DNA from: the human T2T-CHM13v2.0 reference genome, Homo sapiens
Assembly: GCF_009914755.1 (NCBI RefSeq)
Contig: NC_060926.1
DNA: 64,000 nucleotides
Direction: 5' to 3' (one strand)
Part shown: positions 41,936-58,510 of the stretch, one piece after another
How positions within the stretch are numbered: the stretch's first letter is position 1
Layout: the number at the start of each line of letters is the position of its first letter
The notes under the pieces: generated by a model
What the model was told of the DNA's origin: nothing
The model's input: the letters and a program-made list of their open reading frames with translations, nothing else
Databases searched by the model: none
Translations under genes and position numbers: made by a program

Positions 41936-42289
41936 ATTCTTTTCCCTTTAAACGGTGGTTCTGGGGTAATCTCAAGTTGCCCGTATAATCAGAGTTTGTG
42001 GTTAGAGAAAGGAAGCTGGCCTGTCAGTCAGTCTGTGGAATACCATCCATTTTCACATTTGTATGAATCCCACAGGGTCATGACCCTGGATGTCTATAAA
42101 CGGAGATTTCTGGAATTGGGAGGTGCTCACATACTGCTCTCTAAACACACGAACAGTTACTGGGCCATGCAGTGATGCTGGTGAACAGAGGTGGGGTCCC
42201 AGGGCAGACAGCCGTGGCAAGAGGTGGGAGGTAGGAGTGTCCCTGAGAACATCTCTGTACAGGCTCGAAAGGACAATCTGCTGAAGTTG

Positions 42290-42537
42290 TGTTTGTTAAT
42301 AGCAAACACTTGTATGTACCAGGCACTGTTCCAAGGGTTTTAAATATACTAAGTCATTTAACTCTCACATCAATCCTATGAGATAAGAACTATCATTTCC
42401 CCATTTTCAGATGAGAAAATAGGGATAGAAAGATCAAGTAACTTGCCCAAAGTTACACAGCTAGTAAACGGCAGGTTTGAGATTTGAACCCAGGCAGTCA
42501 GATTCAGGTCCAAGCTCCTAACCAGCACTCTGTGCTG
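42290..42537 (-). mobile_element. MIR
   Basis: ccccattttcagatgagaaaa...aagtaacttgcccaaagttacacagctagtaa...gatttgaacccaggcagtc. Confidence 0.88.
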
Positions 42538-42564
42538 TGGCACCCAACACCTGGGGTATAGCAG

Positions 42565-42970
42565 TATATTAGTCCATTTTTGCATTACTACAAAGGGATA
42601 CCTGAGACTGGGTAATTTATAAAGAAAAGAGGTTTAATTGGCTGACGGTTCTGCAGGCTGTACAGGAATCATGGTGCCAGCATATGCTTCTAGTGAGGGC
42701 CGCATGGAGTTTACAATCATGGCAGAAGGTGAAAGGGAAAGCTGGCGTATCACAGGGTGAGAGCAAGAGCAAGAGAGAAATGCAGGAGGTGCCACACACT
42801 TGTAAACAACCAGCTGTCACGTGAACTCAGAGTGAGAACCAAGGGGATGGCACTGAGTCACTCATGATGGATCCCCGTGATCCAAACACCTCCCACCAGG
42901 CCCCACCTCCAACACTGGGAATTACGTTTCCACATCAGATTTGAAGGGGACAAACATCTAAACCACACCA
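42565..42970 (-). mobile_element. MSTA/MSTB MaLR solo LTR
   Basis: attagtccattttt...gagactgggtaatttataaagaaaagaggtttaattggc...cctcccaccaggccccacctccaaca; 5-bp TSD agcag. Confidence 0.9.
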
Positions 42971-43339
42971 AGCAGAAAGGCCAAGAATGAGAGGGCAGGT
43001 GCTCCAGGGTCTGTCAGGCCTCTGTCCCTTCCTGACCATGTGTATCAGAAACTACTTTTTGTCCTAACATCCATCTCTCCACTTCCCATGGTCTTACACT
43101 TCTGGTCACATGGCAACATAGAACAATGTCTACAGGGACCAGCCTCTTCTGCAGCTACATGTACATCTGTGATGACCTTCTGAATAACAGACACAAGTGA
43201 AAATGTCCTGAAGTCACCTCTATAGAAAATTCCTTGAAAGAAGTTGGCAAGCACCCTTTGCTCTTTCACTATTTTCCCCCTTCATCCATCCTACCATCTA
43301 GACCACACAGATGATGACTGAGTTTTTCCTAAGTTTGGT

Positions 43340-45750
<2,411 letters not shown>

Positions 45751-45989
45751 CTGCAGTACTAATTATTTGGGGATGCCTATTGTTTATAACTAAATCAAAT
45801 TCTAATTGATAAATTATGTCAGCGCAATCAAGTAAGTAGCTCTTATATGTTTTATACATCTCTTATATGTCTGTTATCTTATTTGTTAAAAATGGAAATA
45901 ATAGAATAGCTGTATGCATCCAGTAGTTATAGTTGTACTAGTAGAAATAGAAGAAGAAAGAAGAGAAATTGTTGTGTTAAAAGTAATAG

Positions 45990-46225
45990 AAAATTTTTAT
46001 TGAGTTCTTACTACATACGGGACATTATGCCGAGCAATTGGTATCTATTCTTTCTTACTTATCACAACCACTGGCTCAGGTAGGTTCTACCACCATCTAC
46101 TTTTTACAGACGAAGGTTCAGAGACTTCGCTTTAGGGAACTAACCTAGAAACACTCATCTAGTAACTGGGAAAAATAACATTCAATCAGGTTTGTCTGAC
46201 TCCAAATCTGTGCTCTTAAGCCCCA
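45990..46225 (-). mobile_element. MIR
   Basis: tttattgagttcttactac...ttttacagacgaagg...tgtctgactccaaa. Confidence 0.7.
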
Positions 46226-46315
46226 ATCTATTTGCTGCTTCTCACAAGAGAGTTCGTGTAAAAGCATTTGACAAGTCGAAAACGCCGTGCTAGCATATGA
46301 AATTATGTTCAGATC

Positions 46316-46426
46316 AGCTGGGCATGGTGGTGTGTGCCTGTAATCCCGGCTACTCAGGAGGCTGAGGCAGGAGTTCAAGACCAGCCTGGGCAACATAGTA
46401 AAACTCCATCTCAAAACAAAAAAAAG
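46316..46426 (+). mobile_element. FLAM-like Alu monomer with internal deletion
   Basis: gctgaggcaggag directly fused to ttcaagaccagcctgggcaacatag. Confidence 0.8.
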
Positions 46427-46427
46427 A

Positions 46428-46788
<361 letters not shown>

Positions 46789-46877
46789 TCAGAACTCTTA
46801 AAATAATTCAGATATCAAATTAAGAGCCAAGATGTTTATGTAAGAAACTTTAAGAGAAAATCATAAATGTTTTGGTG

Positions 46878-46959
46878 TTACAAGCTAATGTGTAATGTTG
46901 AGAGCTTTTTAAAAACTATTACAAGCCAATGTGTAATGTTGAGAGCTTTTTAAAAACTA
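46878..46959. repeat. 41-bp tandem duplication
   Basis: ttacaagc(t/c)aatgtgtaatgttgagagctttttaaaaacta x2. Confidence 0.95.
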
Positions 46960-48954
46960 TCAGCATACAAAGTCAATATACAAAAATTATATATGAAATA
47001 TATAAATTATTATTTCTTTTTAGAGCTGATTGGTTTTAAATACAAACCTAAAGCCATATTTTTAGGAGAACTTTTTTTCATAAGGATGCACAAGGCAACC
47101 AGTTCTTACACTGGTAATTTATAAAATCTAACACAATAAGAAACATCTGATGACATTATAAATTTTCAGAACAAAAATTATAGCCATCAAATTTGAATAT
47201 TAGTTTTTAATATTCAAGATGCAGGCATAGCCTACTAATCTGCTGATGGAGACCAGACGTTGGTTGATTGGTGGCTCTTAGCTACAATGCATGTTACAGG
47301 TTTGTTGATGGATATATTTTGAAATTTTGAGTCAAAACTAGCTTGTCAACCTGATAGTGATCACAAGAAGGTCAAATGTTACAAACATAGTTTCAAAATT
47401 TAACGGAGACCACATGTGAAACAATGTAATTCAGAAGAAGCACCTGTGTAAGTGATCCCAAACTCAGATACAGTACTATGTGAGTCCGATTCCCCCTTGT
47501 AGAAATATAGAAGTCTGCGAGTCAAAGCTAAAGCAAAGATGAGTAAAAGCATCCCTGTGTTGGAGTTACAGAGTGTAGGGCAGTAGGATGAGTGCTAGTA
47601 AAAAGACATTTTACAACACAAGGTGGAAAAGGCTTTGGGTCATCTGTGGCTGAGACGGTCAGAACAGATTTCATCTTCCCCAAAAAATTCTAAAAATAAA
47701 CCAATATTCTCATTCACTCTATTTTCTCCTTTCCCTCCTTCTCTCTCAATATAAATATACAGACATACATTATATATAAAGAGTTTTCAATTCAATCTCC
47801 AGACCTAGGGACCTCTCTGCATTGTCCTGTTCCTACATAATGTTATAACTCTAAAAGAAATTATTTGAGCTAGCCTTTGGTAAAGTTTCTCTTTTTATTA
47901 GCACGGCTCTTTAAGAGCTCTGACTGGTCAACCTAGTAATAATGATCTCTCAAGGTAAGTGTTTTTTTTAAAATTCCCCTTATAGAATATGCAAATTAAA
48001 TTAGTTATGGTGGCAAAGGGTAGAGAATTGGAAAAGGAAATTTAACATTCCTGGGTTCAAGCACATTCATGGACACATTTAACCTCCAAAATATGAAAAA
48101 CGATAGATAGGAGAACAAATACAATACTGCTACGTAGAATGATGTCACATAAATAATAAAAATAATAGTAGTATTTATGAAATGACTAAAGGATTAATAT
48201 GCTATAACAGAGGAATAATATACAGTCCTAACTGGAAGCTAATAAGCAAATATATTTGGATTTACAATCTTCCTTGAAGAGTAGAAAATGAAAAACTATT
48301 TGGTGATGGTAGCCAAAAAGTGCAAGCAGAAAGATGAACATAGTGATATCTCTGGTGTGCAATAGTGTAATTCAAATGATACAGACCTAAGATGATGGAC
48401 ATAAGGAAATGTTGGAAAGAAAACACAACAGCTCCAGAGAAAAGGTCTATTTCAAACACATGGAAACAATGGCAGCAGCCAAGAGATTTCAAACAACTGA
48501 TTTTAAAACAAGGGAAAAGTTTAGAAAAGGATGAAAGATTAAAGAATTACAATGGAAAATAAACAAAATAGAATTACAAAAGAAACCTACTGAAGAGGAA
48601 TGCAAAAAAAGTAATTTAGCTAGTTGACTTTCCTTCAAATTTTGTGTTTGAACCAATATTAAAGTGAACATTACTGCTGAATTATTTATTATGTAAGTAG
48701 AAAGAAATCAATACCCTTGAGATACACCCATTATGGAATCAGATATTTAAGACCAAAAGAAAACATTTCTGGAAGATTTTAAATTGCAAGACAATGAAGT
48801 CACTCTATGTATTGTCAGAAAGCAATAGAGGTGTCAGAAATTTTTGCAATACTAAAGGAAAATAAAGAATAAAGTGACACTGGCATTTTTTGCTGACAGG
48901 GTAAAGACAATTCACATCAAAGAAATGATGTGTATAGGCATTTTAAACTCAACT

Positions 48955-49810
48955 CAGCATTCCATTGCCTTGGCAAATGGTTCCAGTCAGAAACCTAGGA
49001 GTCATACCTGATTGTTTTTCTTCTCTGAACCCCCATATCCATCCAATTAGTGGATCTTATAGACACTATCTCCAAAATACATCATGAACCCAAACACTTT
49101 CTTGCAACTTGGCTGCTACCATCCTAGCCAAAGATACAACTATTAATATTTCGCTCCCATTATAATAGTTTTCTCTTATGAGATTCCCTGTCCATCTTAC
49201 CCCTACAACCAATTCTCCAAACAGCAATAATCATTTTCTTAAAATGTTAATATTATCATGACTTCCAGTAATTCCTAGAATAAAATTTGACCTCCTTTCC
49301 ATAGGCTACAAGTCCTGTGGGCTCTAAGCGCAGCTCACCAGTCTTACGCCACATGCTTCAGAAGCTGGCCCCACTGGCCTCCATTCAGTTTCCAGAAATA
49401 ACAAGCCATTCCTCACCTTGATCCTTGCCACATGCCATTTCCACTGTCCAGAAGCTGCTGCTCCTACCTGCTTACAGATTTGACTCCTCCTTATGTCTTA
49501 ATTTTTGACATAAGTGTTAGACAAGCAGGTCTCTCCTGATCGCCTCATCCTAGGTACATATCCCTTTCTTATTCTGTATCACAGTACCCTGCTCACCCCT
49601 TTCATAGCACTTTTATTTGCAATGAAATAGGTGTGTATTGGTTTCCCTGTTTATCACCTGTTTCCCACCCAGAATAAGACCACAGGCTTCTTGGAGGAGG
49701 AACCAGGTTCTTTCCTCTCACCATTGTGCCTTGGCATCCAGCACAGTGTCTGAGCTATGGGAAGTGTGCAGTAAATGTTTGTGGAATAAATGAGTGGATT
49801 AAATGAATGG
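48955..49810 (+). mobile_element. L2 3' end
   Basis: gaaacctaggagtcat...gcacagtgtctg...taaatgtttgtggaataaatgagtggattaaatgaatg. Confidence 0.8.
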
Positions 49811-49997
49811 TGTAATAGAGAACATATTCCAACAGATTTGCAACACAATATAGTTAGGAAAAGCAAATTGACAAATATGGATGGGGTTTTAGAAATTACA
49901 ATGAGGGAATATGAAAGGAGAAATATTAGTCATTAGATGTTTTTATTACAGATATATAAATGAATAATCACTAGATCAAAATGAAAGTAGAAAATAT

Positions 49998-50292
49998 ATT
50001 TATTTATTTTGTGATGGGGTCTCGCTTTGTCTCCCAGGCTGGAGTATAGTGGCATAATCATGGCTCTCAGCAGCCTTGAACTCCTGGGTTCAAGTGATCT
50101 TACTGCCTCAGCCTCCCGAGCAGCTGAGATTACAAGCACATCCACCATATCCAATTAAATTTCAATTTTTTCATGGAAATGTGATCTCCCTATGTTGCCC
50201 AGGCTTGTCTTGAACTCCTGCCCTCAAGGGATCCTCGTGCTTTAGCCTCCCAGAGTGCTGAGATCACAGGCATTGAGCCGCTGTGCCCAGCT
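49998..50292 (-). mobile_element. AluJ
   Basis: atcatggctctcagcagccttgaactcctggg; ctatgttgcccaggct (J-type), diverged. Confidence 0.9.
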
Positions 50293-51555
50293 GAAGGTAA
50301 AATGGTTTATGAAGTATTCTGCTGCGTAGCACGGGAAAGCAAGGAGAAGGAAGAATCCTGACTCTCAGAGAGTTCATTCTTGTACAGAGGAGACCAGAAG
50401 GACATATTTGAGATAATGAGAGAACAAGTTGAGGCCATTTTTCCTTCCTGCAAACATTAATGGAATGATTCCAGCCTGGCAGGAAGGGTTGAAGGACCAG
50501 CCCAGCCTGTCAAAATGGAATCAGTGTGCGCGGCACCAGCTCTAACTGTGGCAGAAATTCAGAAGGAAGAACCCTATGATGTGTGCAGGTCAGAAAAATC
50601 TCATGGGACAGTTGGCTTTTCCAACTGGGCCTGAAAGAAAGCACAGGAGTTGACTTGGCAGAAGAGGACAAGGAGTGATGTTCAAATCAGAGAAGGGGTT
50701 TTGGCCAGTGTGTATGGAAAACTTAATTGGGACCACATTTGTTCTGGTTCTAAGAAAGCAGACAGTTATGCAAGATAAAGAGAAAGGGGAATATCTGGGA
50801 AAATCAATTACAAAATCATCAGCTGTAAAAGACCCAATAGGATTGCATTTTAAATGTGACTTTGAATTTTTAAGAAAATCCATTTGAGAGAGTAAAAAAT
50901 ATCTTAAGGACTTTTTCTTGAGCAGAACAGAAAGTCAAAGTTAGATTTAAGACAGGAAAATGAAAAACAGCTAGGAAATCATCAGAAGAATGTTAAATCA
51001 ACTCTCCTTTAATTTGGAAAACATAGAAGGGCATAAGAGATAAAACTTATTTAAAGGATATAGTTATGTGAACAAAAATAATTGGCTATTGACAATGGAG
51101 ATTTAAAGGTTTGGTCAGAAGGTCTGCATTTCCCTCTGGGTCTTCATTTATCTAACCTAGACTAATTGGGAGCAGCCATGCATCAGGCACTGCTTCAAGA
51201 CTTTCCATTCTAGTGAGGAAAACATACTATAAAAAAACAAGTAAATAGGTATCCTCAGTCAGGGCTACAGGTTATTGAAGCAGGGTGCGGTGGGTGGAGA
51301 ATGGTGGGGGCTGTGTAAGATAGTGGAGTCAGGAAGACCTAAGTGACACAAGGGGGAGAGAGAGCCATGCGAGGGCCCCTATGAGGAAGGGTACAGGGTC
51401 AGGTGCAAACGCTCCCTGTAGCATTGGATGTAAGGTGAATGAATGGCTTCCACCTGGAGGACAATTTCTAAGCCTTTGGCATGTTTGAACAACAACAAGA
51501 AGTCAGAATCTGGAGAAAAGGAAAGGAAGAGAGGAATAAGAAATGAGGTTGGAAA

Positions 51556-52160
51556 TTGTGGAAGACAGTGTGGTGATTCCTCAAAGACCTAGCACCAGAA
51601 GTACCATTTGACCCAGCAATCCTATTACTGGGTGTATACCCAAGGGAATAGAAATCATTCTATTATAAAGATGCATGCATGTGTATGTTCATTGCAGCAC
51701 TATTCACAATAGCAAAGACATGGAATCCACTCAAATGCCCGTCAATGATAGACTAGACAAAGAAAATGTGGTACATATACACCATGGAATACTATGCAGC
51801 CATAAAAAGGAACAAGATCATGTCTTTTGCAGGGACATGAATGGAGCTTGAAGCCATTGTCTTCAGCAAACTAATGCAGGAACAGAAGACCAAGCACCAC
51901 ATATTCTCACTTATAAGTGGGAGCTGAGCAATGAGAACACGTGATCACAGGGAAGGAAACAGCACACAATGGGACCAGGGGGCTGAGGGAGGGAAAGCAT
52001 CAGGATAAACAGCTAATGCATACAGGGCTTAATACCTAGGTGATGGGTTGATAGGTGCAGCAAATCACCATGGCACACATTTACCTATGTAACAAACCCA
52101 CACATCCTACACATGTATCCTGGAACTTAAAATAACATTTAAAAAAAAATAAAAAACAAA
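51556..52160 (+). mobile_element. L1PA 3' end (~600 bp), inserted in an L2
   Basis: gtggaagacagtgtggtgattcctcaaagacc...aacttaaaataa plus A-tail. Confidence 0.95.
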
Positions 52161-52256
52161 CAGAATCTCAGCCCCCATCCCATACCTGCTGAATCAGAAT
52201 ATGCATTTAAACAAGATCACTTAGTGATTTGTATGTACATTAAAATTCAAAAAGCA
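52161..52256 (+). mobile_element. MER5-type fragment (probably transduced by the L1)
   Basis: cctgctgaatcagaatatgcatttaaacaagatcacttagtgatttgtatgtacattaaa. Confidence 0.75.
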
Positions 52257-52499
52257 AAAAATAAAAGAAGAAATTAGGTTGGAGAGGTAGCCAGGGATAT
52301 GTTGGCCCCAGACAACACCTTGGATGAGAAATCAGCAGAGATTCGAAAGGCAGGGAAGGAAAACATGTCATCTGCATTTTAGAGGGATCACTTTTCTCAT
52401 CCTCCCCCTCAAAAACGCTCAGCTCCCAATAGCACCCCCGTACATCAAGTCGTGTAAAACTTGTCGAAAACTGGTGTGTCCTCTCCCTGGCCTTCTCCT

Positions 52500-53260
52500 T
52501 GTCCTCTTATAGCCAAATCTGTCCACTTCTCTCTATCTCCATTGTCACCTCTGCAATGCATTCAGCATTAAAGCTCATCTAAAGCAGTGTAACAGGCTCC
52601 TAACAGGTTTCTCTAATTCTTGTCCTCCCTGGATCCATTCTTCCCCCCTAAACACAGTAATTTCTTCCAAGTGCTAAAATTCTTCTCCTCTCCTGCTAAA
52701 CCCATTCATGGTGCCCTTGTCCACACTCTTGGGCCATGTGCAATCCACTTAGCCCACTGCTTAAAGGTCTACCTGAGCCGACTCCTACTTCTCTCTCTAG
52801 CCTTCTGTCTTCCCTCCATCACATTCTGCAGTACGGCTCTGCTGAACTGCATTTTGTTCCTCAGATTTCTGTGTCTCCCTCTCCCTCCCTAACCTCCCCC
52901 TGCTTTTCTCTCTTCCTGAAAGAGTCTTTCCTCTGCCTGCAGCCCTACTCATTCTTTAGGTTACTACTTAGTCTTCAAGTGTGTTTGAACATCACTTCCC
53001 TTGGAACACTTCCTGACTCTCCCTCCAGCCCTCAGTGTAGGTGAGTGGTCCCTCTTCAGACTCTACCACCTGATTACCCCAGAGGAGCCCTGTCACACCC
53101 CTGATCATACTGTCCATGCTGTCTCTCGGGGCCACTATTCCATAAGACCCATGAGGCCGAAGCCACATATGTCTCGCTCACTGCTGAATCCCTTGTGATC
53201 AACACAATAACCACTGCAAGGTAGGTAATCAAGAAATAGTATGTGAATTAAGTGTTTTAT
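52500..53260 (+). mobile_element. L2 fragment
   Basis: aatctgtccacttctctctatctcc...aacaggctcctaacaggtttctct. Confidence 0.65.
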
Positions 53261-54610
53261 TAAATAAATAATGCCATATTCATATGATAGAAGCAATCAT
53301 TAATAATTCTTTAGAATAATACTTAAAAATATAGAACATGTAGAGCACACTGTTCAGTTAAAGACACTCATTACAAAAGCGAATACACAGTCAGATCCGA
53401 TTTTGGTTTTCTAAAAAGGGCATTAATAAAGTGACCTCAAAGATGTTCACCTAAAATGTAAAATGATTTTTCTCCTGGGGTTGGAATTCGAGGCATTGTT
53501 TTTCCTTTGAGCACATTTGAGCATAAATTTCTTTGGTCATCAGGGAAAAAAAATCACGAAAATGATTTAAAGTGCGGTGTCAAGTCTTGGACTGTCACGG
53601 AAAAGAGGACCCTGGTCAAATGCAATGATGGTGGCCAGTAGTGAACAGAAAGTCCCTTGTGAGTGTCCTGGGTCGCAGCGGCCAAGGGCATTGCTAAGGG
53701 TAGGCTATTTGGGAGTAGAAAGTGAGGAAGGGACTCTAAACATGACAACTTCTTCATAGAAATTATAATTAAATGTAATTAGGCCAATTTTAAAGAAGAG
53801 CAGTGGGAAAATGTCTTTAAAAATGGGCTAAATGAACTGAGGAGAGGCGTCAGTATCTATCTTCAGCTGCCTTTTATCATTATGGTATCAGGTCACAGGA
53901 GATGAAATTAGATTAGAAAAACAGAGTCAAAGAAGGGTTTATTTAACCAAAAATAATATATGATGAAGCAATTAACAAAACATTCTTCTACTTTCCCAGT
54001 CTTCTGTCTGTTCAACGTTGTCTTGGGCCTGGGTCTCTCTGTATGTCCCCTGCCTTAAGGTGGTCAGAGTCAGAGCCTCGACCTGAATAGTTCAGAAGAA
54101 GGGCCAGGACTGTATCACATGATATTTTGGTCCAAGTGAAAAACAAAAATTTCACTTTAGCTTCCCCCATTGTTGTGGTCTAAAGAGGGGTATGTGTGAG
54201 GAGATAATTCTGCTACAAGAAAAAATGAAAATTATATTTACTACTAGGGTATTTATATTTCTATCGTAAAGGATCTTTGTTGCATTCAAGAACCATGATA
54301 TAATATGAATGTTTTGCGTTTAGCATGGAGAAGTTAGCTTTTAATAAACAGATCCTCCCACAAAACAGCTGTTAAATCTGACAAGAAAAAAAATAAAAAT
54401 AAAAAGCGAAAAACTTCTTCAAGGCTCTGAAAAGTGAACCAAAGCAGGCAGGTTTTGGAAGGGAGTCAAAATACAGAGGCAGCAGCCAGCATGAGATCAG
54501 TTTCGCATTTGGGGGGTTCACATGGCCGGCTGCCACAGCCGTGACAGTGGCACAGGGGGATAAGACGACAGCACTGAACCTTCCGTTTCAGTCCAGAGGT
54601 ACCCAGGAAG

Positions 54611-55339
54611 GGAAACCGCCTTTGCAGAATGATAACTGAGGAAATTATGACAGTGAAAGAAATCAGACCTAACCAACTCCACCTTGCTTCTAACCTTTAA
54701 GCTGTCCTTCTTCATTCCTGGGCATGGGCCAAGCTATAGGAAGGAATTCAGTTCATGGTTTGACTCTGAAATAAAATTGCTAATAGCCCTTTCCCAAAAG
54801 GACCCCTTTCTTGCCTAGGGAACCAGTCTGCCTTTGCAGGATTAACAAATTAGCTACAAGATTAGACATTACAGTTTGGGGGGTCATGCAGCCTCTGGCT
54901 CCAAGAGTCTGAACCTCCCCAAGTTGTTCTTGGGGATAACATCACTATTGTAAAACCTAACATCAGTGCTTGAGATATTCTGCAGCCCCTACACTCGATG
55001 GATCAGCTGACACCATCCAGACAGGTAATCTGGCTCAACCAGTTCTGCCATCCCACCCAGGAACAGAAGACAGCAAGAAAAACTCACTTTGACCCCCTAT
55101 GATTCCATCTCCAACCTGGTCAGTCAGCACTCCCCACTTCCCAAGCCCCTACCCGCCAAATTATCTTTAAAAACTCTGATCCCCGAAATATCAGAGATAC
55201 TGAATTGAGTAATAATAAAACTCCTGTCTCCCGCACAGCCAGCTCTGCGTGAATTACTCTTTCTCGATTGCAATTCCCCTGTCTTGATAAATCAGCTCTG
55301 TCTAGGCAGTGGGCAGGGTGAACCCATTAGGTAGTTACA
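54611..55339 (+). mobile_element. LTR8 (ERV1) solo LTR
   Basis: gaaaccgcctttgcagaatgataactgaggaaattatgacagtgaaagaaatcagacctaacc...aataaaactcc...gttaca; 4-bp TSD gaag. Confidence 0.88.
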
Positions 55340-55829
55340 GAAGGAGCCTGGAGAAGGCATACCACGAGGAGTGAGGGAGGGTTCTGGGCAGGAAGACAGC
55401 CAAAGAAGGGGCCTCCAATTCTGAACATGAACTCTCCCGGAGTCTCTGGATGACCCCTACACCACCCCTAAACTGGGCACTGGAAGTAACCAGATGAGAT
55501 GAGAGCTCCTGCACCCCGCAGGCATCATGAGTTTGCAGTGAGTCTAGCCAGTGAGATTCGCACATTTACTTCAGTGAACATTGGTTAATGCATCTTTGTG
55601 ATATGGGGAGTTTCCTCATACATAAAATGTTATTGTCAGGACAGTTTTGAGATATTTACTCGTTCATTCATTCAACAAATGTCTCGTATGTTTCTACATG
55701 CCAGATGCTTTAAGGGATACAGAAATGTTTAGCATCCCTGTCCTCAACGAGCCCAGAGCCCCATGAGGGACAGCGGGTGTACATCCAAATAGCTACCACT
55801 TGAAGTAAAACTGGATCAGGGAGGAATTG

Positions 55830-56195
55830 GTGCAGCAGAAAGAACATGAACTTCAGGATCAAACAAACCTGTTTAGAGCCTCAGGAATTATCTGACAAAT
55901 GGCATAATAATACCTGTCTTGTACAGCTGTTGTGCAGATTAAGTGGTGAAATTTATTAATTACTTATTCTCTGCGAGGTACTGGTCTAAGCACTGCATAT
56001 TCACAGCTCCGTTAATTCTTATAACGACCCCTTTAGGTAGCCACTAATACTACCCTCGCTCGATAGATGGGGAAAATGAGGCATCGAGAATTTAAGTAAA
56101 TTGTTCAAGGTCGCCAGGGAGTAAGTAATCAAACAGGTTCAAACTCAGCAAAGTCTACTTGAGCCTCAGCTGTTAACTGCTAAGTTATGCTGAAT
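55830..56195. mobile_element. MIR fragments (nested)
   Basis: gatagatggggaaaatgaggcatcgagaatttaagtaaattgttcaaggtc. Confidence 0.65.
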
Positions 56196-56205
56196 AATAA
56201 TGTCA

Positions 56206-56505
<300 letters not shown>

Positions 56506-57088
56506 TAATAATAATGTCAAAGTGCCAAGCACAGTGCTTAACACATAGGAGGCACTCAACAAATGGCAGACAGCATCAGTACTGTTATAGGTACTGCTGA
56601 TGCTGTTGTTATTACTTTGAAGCATAAGAAAGAAAACCATCGTTGAAGTTCAAGACCTATGCCTGAAGTTTTAAAACTAAAATGTTGTAAGAATGCTAAA
56701 TAATTGTCACGTGCAGATCTCGACACCCACCTTTAGAAATCAAAATTTATGTTTATCCCTTAGGTATATCCCATCTCTTTTTTAGAAGAAAACCATCAAG
56801 GTATCATTTAAGTATTCATTCATTCATTCATCAAACTGTAACTTCTGACTGCCCTCTGTCAGCACTAAAGTGGGCATCGGAACCATTTTCAAAGGGGAAA
56901 GAAAGCTAATGTGGGAAGAGGGTCCTGGTCATTCACTGAAAGTTAGTGCAGCCATTTTCCCCAGTGCTAATGAAAAAAAGCAGGCAACTAAAATTCCTTG
57001 CTGCATTTTTATTTAAACAACCTCAGAGAAACTGCTATGCAAAAAATAATAATAATAATAATAATAATTCAGTTGTAAAGCAAAATTA

Positions 57089-57425
<337 letters not shown>

Positions 57426-58139
57426 TAAAATTTTACTCACACTTAATAAATCTTAATACCCTGCTTTGATTCTAAAAGGTGAAACTATATACTACTCCAA
57501 GGATCTCAGCTGCTGTGATTCCTAAATGAAGTGGTGATTTAGGGATAATGCCAAATTTTGAAAGAACAAGAACAGCATTTTATTCAGGACTGTTAATTTT
57601 ATGAGGGTATGTGGCATGTTTCTTATGTAAATACATGGAGTTTCATATGGTTCTAATAGAGTGCTTTCACCAAGATCATACATGTTAGGGTGCTGGAAAA
57701 AAAAAACAACTAAATCCCAAAACTATATCACCCTTAAATCCTGACTGGGTAACATGCCCAGTTTTTGAACAATACACATTATCTGAGAGATAACTTTTAT
57801 GACATGTGTTGCTATTGCCTGCAAATCCCTTTAAGATGAAAAGCATTACCACTGAAATTTGAGTTCGACAAAAGGATTTATATAGCTAGGTTACCCAAGG
57901 CTATAAAATGAAAAAAAAAAAATAGTTTTGTAAATGCTTGGAGCTTGTTGCAGTGGAATTTAACCTACAGGACCTTTGGGCCAACATAAAGATTTAGACC
58001 CCAGGCATTCCCTAGAGTCACTTAGAGGTTATGAAGGTTTTCTCTATAAACATGACTTGAAACATGATGGATTTATTGACTCAGCAAGTAGCTTTTAAAC
58101 TGATATATTTGAATTAAAGACTTTTAAGCATAGGGTCCC

Positions 58140-58510
58140 TTAAAGGTAGTAGTCAACCTTCATCCTTTTTACCGAAGGAAACTAAGGGTGGAAGAGATAA
58201 AATTATGTGACTTAACCGAGGTTAGATGACTAATTAATAACAATCATCATAATAGCTAACATTAACTCAGCACCTACTATTTGCAAAGCACAGTGCTAAG
58301 GGCTTTCTCCAACCTTCACACTAACTTTAAACATGTAAACGAGTGTTACTCTACTTTATGAATTAAAAAATGAGCCTCAAAGAAGCCAAGACCTTGTCAA
58401 AAGAGGTAGGTCCGGATTTCAAACCTAAGCAGTGTGACCCCAAACCACATGCATAAACCACTCCACTCTACTGCCTCGTCACAGGGCCTAGACTCAAATC
58501 TACTGACCTC
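58140..58510 (-). mobile_element. MIR fragments
   Basis: aatagctaacattaactcagcacctactatttgcaaagcacagtgctaag. Confidence 0.6.

Noticed and set aside
47000-48950. Initially read as a possible hAT/Charlie transposase remnant
   Set aside because: No terminal inverted repeats or transposase motifs found; translations fit the GVIN GTPase domain better.
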